Shown here one piece after another: positions 18,063 through 26,096 of a stretch of DNA of 43,738 nucleotides. Position numbers and translations under genes: made by a program. This stretch comes from a virus. The stretch's first letter is position 1. Each line of letters begins with the position of its first letter. The notes under the pieces were generated by a model. That model was not told where the DNA came from. It worked only from the letters and a program-made list of their open reading frames with translations, and did no database searches. The DNA is taken from the IMG/VR virus record IMGVR_UViG_3300038701_001717, positions 1 through 43,738 of that record. One strand, 5' to 3'.

Positions 18063-18947
18063 ATGCCACGAAGAAAATTTAGTGATGGAGTCGAGGCCAA
18101 ATATGAAGACCTCAACGCTATCACTTACGCTTTAGAACGACAGTTTTATGATCGAATTATTCGACAAATGGTTTCCAATGATGTGACTGGTTTTTGGAAG
18201 TCTGGATTCTTAGTTTCAAGAACTGACTCCGACACAATTTCAGTTGCGGCAGGAATAGGGATTCAAATTGATAATACACAGATTTCTCCACAGGCAGAGG
18301 GAAGACCTGTTGTTTCTTTAGCAGCTCAATCTCTTGATATAACAGCACCGGACGGATCGAATGATCGAATTGATATTGTTGTCACAAAATCTGATCTTGT
18401 GAACGAAATTTCAGAAGATAGAAGATTCAAAGATGAGGACACAGATGTAATCACAGAAGAATCTACTTGGGTTCAAGAAGATTGGTCTAACGATACAATG
18501 ATAGTTGAGGGAACTCCTGCGGGATCTCCAGTGGCTCCAGCGGTCCCTTCTGGTTACACTAAGATCGCAACTCTTTATGTGACACAAACGACAGGAATGG
18601 CTTCTGATGCTGTTACTGATAACAGAACAGTTCTAACAATAATTGGCGACGGTGGAAGTGAAACTCCAGATCCAGGTGATTATCCAGTGACTCTGGATCA
18701 ATCAAAAGACAAATATATTTATTATGTAAATTCAAACGCAGCTAGAACAATAAACTTACCAGCTCCAGCGGTTGGTTTCCAAATCACCTTTGTTGATAAA
18801 GATGGTTTAATGGGAACCAATGCTTTGACAGTTGGAAGGGACAACTCTTCTGAGACAATCAATGGTGTTGCACAAGATTTTCTTTGTGAGTCCAATCATG
18901 GAATCTGGAAATTTACTTCCGATGGTGTTGGCTGGTTTGTTAATTAG
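18063..18947 (+). CDS. Tail fibre / baseplate-attached structural protein
   Basis: ATG at 18063 after RBS AAGGAG. NDRIDIVV...GTPAGSPVAPAVPSGYTKIATLYV...DNRTVL resembles a fibre-shaft-type pattern. Confidence 0.6.
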   Translation: MPRRKFSDGVEAKYEDLNAITYALERQFYDRIIRQMVSNDVTGFWKSGFLVSRTDSDTISVAAGIGIQIDNTQISPQAEGRPVVSLAAQSLDITAPDGSNDRIDIVVTKSDLVNEISEDRRFKDEDTDVITEESTWVQEDWSNDTMIVEGTPAGSPVAPAVPSGYTKIATLYVTQTTGMASDAVTDNRTVLTIIGDGGSETPDPGDYPVTLDQSKDKYIYYVNSNAARTINLPAPAVGFQITFVDKDGLMGTNALTVGRDNSSETINGVAQDFLCESNHGIWKFTSDGVGWFVN

Positions 18948-18955
18948 GAGTTTAA

Positions 18956-20287
18956 ATGGCTAATAAAGTTAGAAAACAATATGAAATAGTGGCTCCAAAT
19001 TCTGGTAGCGGGATGACTCAAGAGTGGGTTTGCCCAGCAAATGTAAGCTCTATAAATGTCATAGGACTTAATCGCAGAAAAATAATGAGTGCAGCCAGGA
19101 CTGCTGGATTTATTGAGCAAAATGGCCAAATTTATATGATGGGAGATAATGTTCACGGACAACTTGGAGATAACACTGTTGTTCCAAAATCTTCAGCGAC
19201 ATTGGTTGTCGGTGCAGCTTCAGGACTTAGCTTTAAAGAGATTGCGGTTCAAACAGAAGTTGCAACTTCAAAATGCCACTCTTTAGCTTTAGATTATTAT
19301 GGAAGACTTTGGGCTTGGGGCTTGAACGAGCATGGCCAGCTCGGAGACCAAACTGTAGTCCCAAAATCAACTCCAGTCTTAATTGCTACAGATCAAAAAT
19401 TTAGAAAAATAGCTCTATCAAATAACAGCTCTTTTGCCATTGATGTAAATGATGACCTTTATGCTTGGGGCGACAACACTCACGGACAAATAGGTGATGA
19501 TACTAATGTTCCTAAGTCATCACCAGTTATTGTTGATAGTTCTAAAAAATGGAGATCTGTTTTCACTTCTGAACAATACGGATGTTTTGCAATAACTCAA
19601 GATGGAGACCTCTATTCATGGGGTGTTGGAGAAGATAGTTTAGCAAATGGCAATCTTGCAGTGTCAACTCCAACTCTTGTCACGGGAACTCAGGGATATA
19701 AAGAAATATCGGCTGGCTTAGTGTCTGTTGGAATAAAGTATGATGGCTCAACTTTTGTGTGGGGGTATGGAGACTCTTATGGATTAGGGGATGGAACTCT
19801 TACAGCAAAATCAACTCCAACAGCAATCGCTGGTGGCCATCAGTTCATAAGTGTTGCATCAGGAAATGGTCATTGCTTGGGCCTAAAATCCAATGGTGAA
19901 ATTTGGGCATGGGGAAGAAATGGCCAGGGTCAACTAGGTACTGACGATACTGTAGACACCTCAAGTCCTGTTCTTGTTGCTGGATCTGGAACCGATAGAA
20001 TATTTAAACACATTCAATGTGGAACTCTTCATTCCTGGGGTGTTGATGATTCAGGAGCTCTCTTTTACTGGGGAACCGGATCTGGAGGAAAAGGAGCTGC
20101 TGGTGGTGGTGGCACTTTCGCTAGTTCTCCAACTCCTGTTGTTAATAACCATATAGTGTTTTCTTCTGATAAAGTTGAAAATCAAAAAATCAATTTTCCT
20201 GTAACACCAGGGCAGACATATAAAGTGAAAAACTTTGCGTCGATGGTTTTAGGATCGGAGATTTTAGTCTTAGAATATGATTCATAA
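18956..20287 (+). CDS. RCC1-repeat (7-blade beta-propeller) protein, putative receptor-binding tail protein
   Basis: 443 aa. Repeated blade motif: HGQLGDNTVVPKSSATLV, EHGQLGDQTVVPKSTPVLI, THGQIGDDTNVPKSSPVIV, GQGQLGTDDTVDTSSPVLV and others. Confidence 0.8.
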   Translation: MANKVRKQYEIVAPNSGSGMTQEWVCPANVSSINVIGLNRRKIMSAARTAGFIEQNGQIYMMGDNVHGQLGDNTVVPKSSATLVVGAASGLSFKEIAVQTEVATSKCHSLALDYYGRLWAWGLNEHGQLGDQTVVPKSTPVLIATDQKFRKIALSNNSSFAIDVNDDLYAWGDNTHGQIGDDTNVPKSSPVIVDSSKKWRSVFTSEQYGCFAITQDGDLYSWGVGEDSLANGNLAVSTPTLVTGTQGYKEISAGLVSVGIKYDGSTFVWGYGDSYGLGDGTLTAKSTPTAIAGGHQFISVASGNGHCLGLKSNGEIWAWGRNGQGQLGTDDTVDTSSPVLVAGSGTDRIFKHIQCGTLHSWGVDDSGALFYWGTGSGGKGAAGGGGTFASSPTPVVNNHIVFSSDKVENQKINFPVTPGQTYKVKNFASMVLGSEILVLEYDS

Positions 20288-20310
20288 ACCATTTTAAACG
20301 GGAGATCTAA

Positions 20311-21291
20311 ATGGATAAAATGTTAATGCCTGCAAACCTAATACCTGCCTGGAGGGTTCAGAACGCCTTCAGAAAAGGATTTCAAAATAACTTTTTAATA
20401 AGCACTTGGGGAGGACTTGGAGATCAAGTTTGTGCAGAGCCTACCTTAAGATATGCTCTTAAAAGATTTAAAGATTGTGACATCAGCCTCTTCAGTGAGT
20501 GCCCTTCACTTTTCGATCATTTAAATTTTAAAGAAGTTTTAGAATATTCAGAAAGATTGGAAGCTCGAAAACAGTTTTCAGAAAAATATCTGATTTTCGA
20601 CACTATAGTTCCCACTGATAATTTAGCTTGGCAATTCTTTTCCCACTGCTTAACAAATGCTGTTGATTTCGCTTCAATGTGTGCCTTTCGTTGCCAATTG
20701 CCAATAGCTGACAGAGAGATTCAGTTACCAAATTTCACGGATATTGATCTGGATCGCTATCCTATAGAGTGGAAAAATGCAGTGATAATCCACCCAGGAA
20801 GACACTGGCCTTCAAAAACTTTCCCAAAAGAGTGGTGGGACAGAGTGATCGCTTCTATTCAAGCAAGAGGTTTTCAGCCTGTCATAATTGGAAAAGAGAC
20901 CGATGATAATAGAGGGACTGTTGATGTTCATATAGGCCCAGGAGTTATTGACACAAGAAACCAACTTTCGTTGAAAGAATTAGTTATGATCTGCAAACGG
21001 GCTAAATATGTTTTAACTAACGACTCTTCCCCTCTTCATATTGCTGCCGCAGGAAAAGCTCATATTTTCTTTGTAGCAAGCTGCAAACACCCTGATTACA
21101 TAACTCACTGGAGGAATGGTCAGTGGGGCTGGAGAATGAAAAACTTGGGATTAGATGGTGTCTGGAATTATATAAATGAGAATCCATCAGTAAAAGATGA
21201 GGTGACTGTAGAGCACTTGCCAGATGGTGTGATGGAAAAAATACTTCCAAGTCCATCATCTGTCGCTGATGAAATTGCAAAGGTAGGGTAA
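20311..21291 (+). CDS. Glycosyltransferase family 9 (heptosyltransferase-like)
   Basis: 326 aa. N-terminal WGGLGDQVCAEPTLRYALKRF and C-terminal LTNDSSPLHIAAAGKAHIFFV match the GT9 IGD...P and DSGpmHlAaA signatures. Confidence 0.75.
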   Translation: MDKMLMPANLIPAWRVQNAFRKGFQNNFLISTWGGLGDQVCAEPTLRYALKRFKDCDISLFSECPSLFDHLNFKEVLEYSERLEARKQFSEKYLIFDTIVPTDNLAWQFFSHCLTNAVDFASMCAFRCQLPIADREIQLPNFTDIDLDRYPIEWKNAVIIHPGRHWPSKTFPKEWWDRVIASIQARGFQPVIIGKETDDNRGTVDVHIGPGVIDTRNQLSLKELVMICKRAKYVLTNDSSPLHIAAAGKAHIFFVASCKHPDYITHWRNGQWGWRMKNLGLDGVWNYINENPSVKDEVTVEHLPDGVMEKILPSPSSVADEIAKVG

Positions 21292-21596
21292 TGGACGTAA
21301 ATGGTGGAAGATTTATTCATTGGAGATTTAATTCAATAGAAACACTTGGTTTTGGTCTTTCCATTTCCAGTGTTGCTGTGGCAGTTGTTCTTTGGTCATT
21401 TTCCACATTCAAGTCAAAAGCCGAGGCCGACAAGGAATCTGTTCGTTTAAATAGAGCCTTGGAGTTAAAAGATCTTGCTTATGAAAAGAGGTTCAGCAAC
21501 CTTGAAGATGAGATTAAGGTCTATAGAGAATCAGTTATTAAAATGAGTTCTGACGTTTCTTACATAAGAGGTCGATTAGAACCTAAACCAAAATAG
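21291..21596 (+). CDS. Single-pass membrane protein with a coiled-coil tail (holin / antiholin / spanin-like candidate)
   Basis: 101 aa. TMD LGFGLSISSVAVAVVLWSFSTF, then a charged helical segment. Confidence 0.5.
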   Translation: MDVNGGRFIHWRFNSIETLGFGLSISSVAVAVVLWSFSTFKSKAEADKESVRLNRALELKDLAYEKRFSNLEDEIKVYRESVIKMSSDVSYIRGRLEPKPK

Positions 21597-21606
21597 GAGG
21601 TAATAA

Positions 21607-22074
21607 ATGGGGAAATCACTCTTCATTGTGTTGTCATTATTTATGACAACTTTATTTGCGCTTTTCGGAGCGTCTTATGCACTAGCACAGGTGGCAGTGC
21701 CAATTCCCGACAATGTCGAGGGTGCCACATCACTTTTAGGAGTGCTTATTGAAGCCATAACGGCTGGGAAATGGTTGGTTGTGGCAGGACTTGCCATAAT
21801 GATTATTGTCCTAGCGATACGGCAATATTTGCTCCCGAAGTGGGGATTATCATCTGCGGTTCTTCCGTGGGTCAATATAGCAATATCAGTTCTGCTGGGA
21901 TTAGGTTCTCATTTAGCTGGTGCTTTTGATTTGAAAACTGCTGCTCTTGTCGTTTTGGTATCCAGTGGGATAGCCGATCAGATTTGGAGTCTCGGTGGAA
22001 AATACGTTATGGACTGGCTTCTCAAAGCTATTGGTTCAGAGGGGGTCGCCAAAAGCCCTAAAAAGGCCGCATAG
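21607..22074 (+). CDS. Multi-pass membrane protein, holin candidate
   Basis: 155 aa with 3-4 hydrophobic segments and a basic C-terminus KSPKKAA. Lies in the lysis cluster. RBS TAGGAGG. Confidence 0.5.
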   Translation: MGKSLFIVLSLFMTTLFALFGASYALAQVAVPIPDNVEGATSLLGVLIEAITAGKWLVVAGLAIMIIVLAIRQYLLPKWGLSSAVLPWVNIAISVLLGLGSHLAGAFDLKTAALVVLVSSGIADQIWSLGGKYVMDWLLKAIGSEGVAKSPKKAA

Positions 22075-22076
22075 TC

Positions 22077-22436
22077 GTGAGAGATTTACTAAGTGGCTTT
22101 TACGAGGATTGGGTCCTAGAATTTATCTGGGACCGCCTTGTATCTTCAGTAATAATTTTTGGAGCTCCTGTTCTTGCATGGCCAATTTTGGGCCCACTTT
22201 TGAGACATTTTTTTGATTTGTATTTAGGTCCAGTTATCCATGATCTTCTTAGGGTTATGAAATTCGAGATAGTTGATTGGGAGAAAGCCGCAGCGAATGG
22301 ACGATATTCTAAAATCCTCGATAAGATAAAGGTAGCTGAACTTCAACAAGAGGACCCAAGTGAAGAAGAACTCTCAGAATTACGCCAAGAATATAGGGAA
22401 GCTATGTTTGACGTTGTCAGCGTTGATCTTCCTTAG
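22077..22436 (+). CDS. i-spanin candidate (N-terminal TMD plus helical periplasmic domain)
   Basis: 119 aa. GTG start. TMD VSSVIIFGAPVLAWPILGPLL. The 3' end overlaps the lipoprotein gene in another frame. Confidence 0.5.
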   Translation: MRDLLSGFYEDWVLEFIWDRLVSSVIIFGAPVLAWPILGPLLRHFFDLYLGPVIHDLLRVMKFEIVDWEKAAANGRYSKILDKIKVAELQQEDPSEEELSELRQEYREAMFDVVSVDLP

Positions 22437-22740
22437 TGGAGCAACTTGTTCAAAAGTTAAAATCGCCGACCCTGAGTGGTGCGGTGATATTGGAAAATGG
22501 GGCGCTGAATGTGTCCAATCATTCGATAAGACCAAAGGTCGTTCTTTAACAAAGCCAGAGTGGGATAAAATTAGAATAGGCTGGATGTGTACGAAGCATG
22601 AAAGCGTATCAAATTGGGCTGGAGCCATTACTAAGCTCTGTGCAGATACCAGATATTGCACCAAAGAAATCAAAGAAAAAATCAACAATTTAAACAGTAA
22701 TCTAGAAAAAATAAAAAAGAAAACGGGAGTTTCTGAATGA
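22360..22740 (+). CDS. o-spanin candidate (outer-membrane lipoprotein, Cys-rich)
   Basis: MKKNSQNYAKNIGKLCLTLSALIFLSGATC is a signal peptide plus a lipobox-like Cys (codon 22447..22449) placed just after the i-spanin stop. The start lies inside the upstream gene (overlapped architecture). Confidence 0.55.
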   Translation: MKKNSQNYAKNIGKLCLTLSALIFLSGATCSKVKIADPEWCGDIGKWGAECVQSFDKTKGRSLTKPEWDKIRIGWMCTKHESVSNWAGAITKLCADTRYCTKEIKEKINNLNSNLEKIKKKTGVSE

Positions 22741-23897
22741 TGAACAATAAGTTTTTCGATCATATTTTAAAAGTAGAGGGTGGTTGGTCAGATCACAAGA
22801 ATGATGCTGGCGGTGCGACCATGATGGGAATTACAAAAAGAACTTACGAGGCTTGGCTCGGTAGATCAGTCTCTAAAAATGAATTAAGAAATATCTCAAA
22901 AAAAGAAGTCTTAGATATATATAAGGCTCGCTATTATGATGTGAACAGAACTGCTCAATTGGATAATGAATTTGTTCGACTTGCTCTGTTCGATCAAGCG
23001 GTGAACAGAGGACCAAGAACTGGAGCTAAATTGTTGCAAGAGACTTGTAATCTTTTTGGAAAAAATCTTTCTGTTGATGGTCGAGTGGGTAATCTAACTT
23101 TAGCAGCCGCCAATTCTATTGATCCAAAAGAGCTTGGTATGGACTTTGTTCAAAAAGCACAGCATGGTTATGTGAACATTGTTAAATCAAAGAGCTCTCA
23201 AATGGTTTTTCTATCTGGATGGATGAACCGAACCCATGTTTTATTGGATGATTATGCTGGATATGTTGGTCAGTTTGATGGATCAATGGCAAAAACTCCT
23301 GAAGAAGATCCCGCAGATATTATTGAGCTTGGGTTATTTTCCAAGATTGTAAAACACAACCCTACAATAAACAAAATTGGTCTTACAAAAGCTTTATCTT
23401 TTTACGATCACCCTAGCGTGACAGATAAAAAGTATATGACCTTTGTGGACTTTGATATAAGGTCGAGCAAGCCAAGAATGTGGGTTCTAAATATGAGAAC
23501 AGGTGAAGCTATCTTCCATCTTAAAGTGGCTCATGGAAAATACTCAGACCCAAATCACGATGGTTATGCTGATAAGTATTCCAATAAACCTGGATCTGGA
23601 CAGAGTTCTCTTGGGGCAATGGTTGTTGGTGAGAAATATGGAAGTAGTGATGATGGTTGGAGCAAATTTCCAGTGGCCACAAAACTCAGAGGAATAGAGC
23701 CAGGTCTTAATGATAATGTTTATAAAAGAGCTGTTGTCTTCCATTCTTCAAAATATGTGAATCAGTTCAATAAATTAATTTCTGGAAGATCATTGGGATG
23801 CTTTGCTGTTGATGATGATGTCGCAAAGAGAGTTCAAGAATATATTTATGGAGGAACTTTACTCTATGCTTATGATAAGGATTTTTTATCAGCCTAA
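22737..23897 (+). CDS. Endolysin: GH108 muramidase plus PG_binding_3, fused to a YkuD_2 L,D-transpeptidase-fold domain
   Basis: 386 aa. ILKVEGGWSDHKNDAGGATMMGITKRTYEAW is the GH108 motif. The C-terminus VAHGKYSD...SNKPGSGQSSLGAMVVGEKYGSS...VVFHSSKYVN...GRSLGCFAV carries the His...SxGC LDT catalytic signature (Cys codon 23799..23801). Confidence 0.8.
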   Translation: MMNNKFFDHILKVEGGWSDHKNDAGGATMMGITKRTYEAWLGRSVSKNELRNISKKEVLDIYKARYYDVNRTAQLDNEFVRLALFDQAVNRGPRTGAKLLQETCNLFGKNLSVDGRVGNLTLAAANSIDPKELGMDFVQKAQHGYVNIVKSKSSQMVFLSGWMNRTHVLLDDYAGYVGQFDGSMAKTPEEDPADIIELGLFSKIVKHNPTINKIGLTKALSFYDHPSVTDKKYMTFVDFDIRSSKPRMWVLNMRTGEAIFHLKVAHGKYSDPNHDGYADKYSNKPGSGQSSLGAMVVGEKYGSSDDGWSKFPVATKLRGIEPGLNDNVYKRAVVFHSSKYVNQFNKLISGRSLGCFAVDDDVAKRVQEYIYGGTLLYAYDKDFLSA

Positions 23898-23909
23898 AGG
23901 AGTCATAAC

Positions 23910-24920
23910 ATGGCAATGAATCATTATCTTAATGGAACTGCTGTTGCCTTGAAATTATTCAGAGAAGGTGATGGATCTGTTGGATATTTTGGGACTTTGC
24001 CAGGGCTGACAGTTGATGCTTCAGCTATAGGAGGCTCTTATATTGATATGGGGGCCACTTTTGCAAGCCGTGGTCTAATTTTTTTAGGTGGAAAAAATCT
24101 TGGAGATGGTACTTCTAAGAATTTCTCCAGACTTTACAGAGTCCGATTCCAAAGCATGAGTAACAATAAGCCTCTTGGAGCTTTTGGAATCCAAGGAAAT
24201 AATGGAGCTGCTGGAATAGATACTTATGTAGATCCATCTGGAAATCTCCGTTGCACAATGTGGAATGATGCTGGCTCAAGAGGGTTAAATAGTGCTACAG
24301 CATCCTTAAGTCTTTTAATAAATATTTGGTACGACATAGGTTGGACTTGGAATAACACAACGAGAGATCTGAAAATTTATTTAAATGGTGTTCTAATTAC
24401 CACTCTAAATTCTTCGAGAAATTTATCTAATGGGTGGACTGGCTTAAACTCTCCTTACGTTGCAATTGGACACTCTGGAAACTCTGGAAATACTCAAATA
24501 GATTTAAATGAGTCAGCTTTTTGGGACGAGATTGTTGATTTTGGCCCTTCTGGATTGAATACAAATGGTGCCGCAAGAACTGAGTTTCTTGATTACACTC
24601 CTCCACAACCTGACACATGGCCCGCTGTTGGAAAGGTTGCTGCTGGCACAACTTGGTTTGAATCTGAAGTTCAAAAAACTGGGACTTCTGTTTCGCCAGA
24701 TACTTCAGTTGTTAAGCTTGGTGAAGGATATGGGGAAGACGGAACCGAATTTGTTGGAGCTTACGTTCCATCGTTACCTCCTGAAGAAATTATGATGATT
24801 GATCTTGAGGAAGATTTAGAGAGTGTCGTCGTTCTGTTGGATTCAGACATCGACGACGATCAATTAACAGTGGTCATTGAAAATGATCCAATTACAGTAA
24901 TTATTGAGGAGAAATTATGA
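23910..24920 (+). CDS. LamG / concanavalin-A-like lectin-fold protein with an acidic C-terminal tail
   Basis: 336 aa. WYDIGWTWNNTTRDLKIYLNGVLITT is a typical LamG-type jelly-roll strand pattern. The C-terminus is DLEEDLESVVVLLDSDIDDDQL. Confidence 0.5.
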   Translation: MAMNHYLNGTAVALKLFREGDGSVGYFGTLPGLTVDASAIGGSYIDMGATFASRGLIFLGGKNLGDGTSKNFSRLYRVRFQSMSNNKPLGAFGIQGNNGAAGIDTYVDPSGNLRCTMWNDAGSRGLNSATASLSLLINIWYDIGWTWNNTTRDLKIYLNGVLITTLNSSRNLSNGWTGLNSPYVAIGHSGNSGNTQIDLNESAFWDEIVDFGPSGLNTNGAARTEFLDYTPPQPDTWPAVGKVAAGTTWFESEVQKTGTSVSPDTSVVKLGEGYGEDGTEFVGAYVPSLPPEEIMMIDLEEDLESVVVLLDSDIDDDQLTVVIENDPITVIIEEKL

Positions 24921-25297
24921 GTGTGAAAACGGTTGGTCGAGTAGTTATTGAGCAAGGCGAGGATTTTAGCAAAACTTTTAAGCTCAGAACTGATGGTGGA
25001 TATACAGCTATTGGCCTGGCGAGTGCAACGGCATTTACCTTCGCCATGAGGAAAACTGATGGAACTTGGTTGCTAAAATCTACAGCCGATGAATCTTCAA
25101 CTGTTGAGATTTTAAACTCAGGAACAACAGGGGACGTTTCTCTGGGTCTTTCTCAGGCTGAGACAGCATCTCTTAAGCGCGGAAGAAAACAAAACATTGA
25201 AATGAGCTACCTGGATGCAGATTCAAAAAAGCAGGTAATTATTTTAGAAGGAGTTTTAGATGTCGTCGAACCAAAAGGAATTACTTACTCAGCTTAA
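24917..25297 (+). CDS. Hypothetical beta-rich (Ig-like?) protein
   Basis: 126 aa. ATGA overlap with the upstream gene. Confidence 0.5.
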   Translation: MSVKTVGRVVIEQGEDFSKTFKLRTDGGYTAIGLASATAFTFAMRKTDGTWLLKSTADESSTVEILNSGTTGDVSLGLSQAETASLKRGRKQNIEMSYLDADSKKQVIILEGVLDVVEPKGITYSA

Positions 25298-25871
25298 AAC
25301 CATTGGCTATGTTTATATCGGGCTATCTGGAGAGCCTAAGCCCGATACTTTCTCATGGCTTATTCAGCTATTTTTGACAATTCTTAAGTGGGTCAGGACT
25401 GGCCGCTGGGAGCCCGTAAACTTCTCACACGGAGCTTCAGGATACTACTCAATAGATTGTGATGAGTTCGTCTTTGCAGACGCTTCCAGCTCAGTCCAGC
25501 TCGATACTGTTGACCAATTCCTTGATGATGGGAAAACCGTCATCCGTCATGCCTGGGCCGTGGAAGTAACCCCAGAACAAAGAACAGCCTTCTGCAAGAG
25601 AATGGTTGAGCTCAATGGATGGAAATACTCAAACAAAAGATCCTTGGCTTGGTTGGTTTTTGCCGCTTTCTTAGATATAGAATGGACCCCTTTCTCAAAC
25701 AAAAAAAGAATGTGGTGTAATCAGTATCCTGATGAAATGCTCAATGCCGTTGAACTCCCTTCTACTGCTCAGATTCTAGATTTAAAGAAGCACCAGACAA
25801 CCCCACTGGATCTATTCAAAGCCATGGAAGTTCTCAGTATGTCTTCAGATAGAGTCCGAAAAGTCCTTTAA
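25260..25871 (+). CDS. Possible permuted papain-fold (YiiX/C92, NlpC/P60-related) hydrolase
   Basis: 203 aa with RBS AGGAG 7 nt upstream. His-before-Cys order: NFSHGASGYY...VQLDTVDQFLDDGKTVIRH...VTPEQ...NGWKYS...KRMWCNQYPDEML. Confidence 0.35.
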   Translation: MSSNQKELLTQLKTIGYVYIGLSGEPKPDTFSWLIQLFLTILKWVRTGRWEPVNFSHGASGYYSIDCDEFVFADASSSVQLDTVDQFLDDGKTVIRHAWAVEVTPEQRTAFCKRMVELNGWKYSNKRSLAWLVFAAFLDIEWTPFSNKKRMWCNQYPDEMLNAVELPSTAQILDLKKHQTTPLDLFKAMEVLSMSSDRVRKVL

Positions 25872-25903
25872 AAAAACCTCGAGTAACTGCCTATATATTA
25901 AGC

Positions 25904-25922
25904 AATGGTACCATTTTTTTTC
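25904..25922 (+). terminator. Weak candidate terminator at the end of the late/lysis block
   Basis: Palindrome AATGGTACCATT running into a T9 tract. The stem is short. Confidence 0.3.
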
Positions 25923-26035
25923 TGGAGTCTATCTCCAAAGAAAGGCTCCATAATGCAACGCTAATGCTAATAAATTGGCCCTCGTTGGATCCAACTTCCT
26001 ATAAAATAAGCAGGGTCAAATTCCTATTGACTTAT

Positions 26036-26054
26036 TACCACAGAATACCACAGA
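26036..26054. promoter_or_regulatory. Tandem direct repeat TACCACAGA x2 (10-bp period) overlapping a TTGACT hexamer; candidate operator/promoter of the early block
   Basis: ttgacttatTACCACAGAaTACCACAGActcaatcttgacc, read directly in the 225-bp gap upstream of the exonuclease gene. Confidence 0.4.
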
Positions 26055-26096
26055 CTCAATCTTGACCGTACAACCATACGCCAAAGAGGAGTTTAA

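Noticed and set aside
25872-26096. tRNA or other canonical RNA gene in the non-coding gaps (also 30538..30926, 29042..29146 and 38161..38268)
   Set aside because: No T-loop-like GGTTCGAAT/GTTCAAAT strings or acceptor-stem pairing were found by eye on either strand. A covariance-model scan would still be worthwhile.
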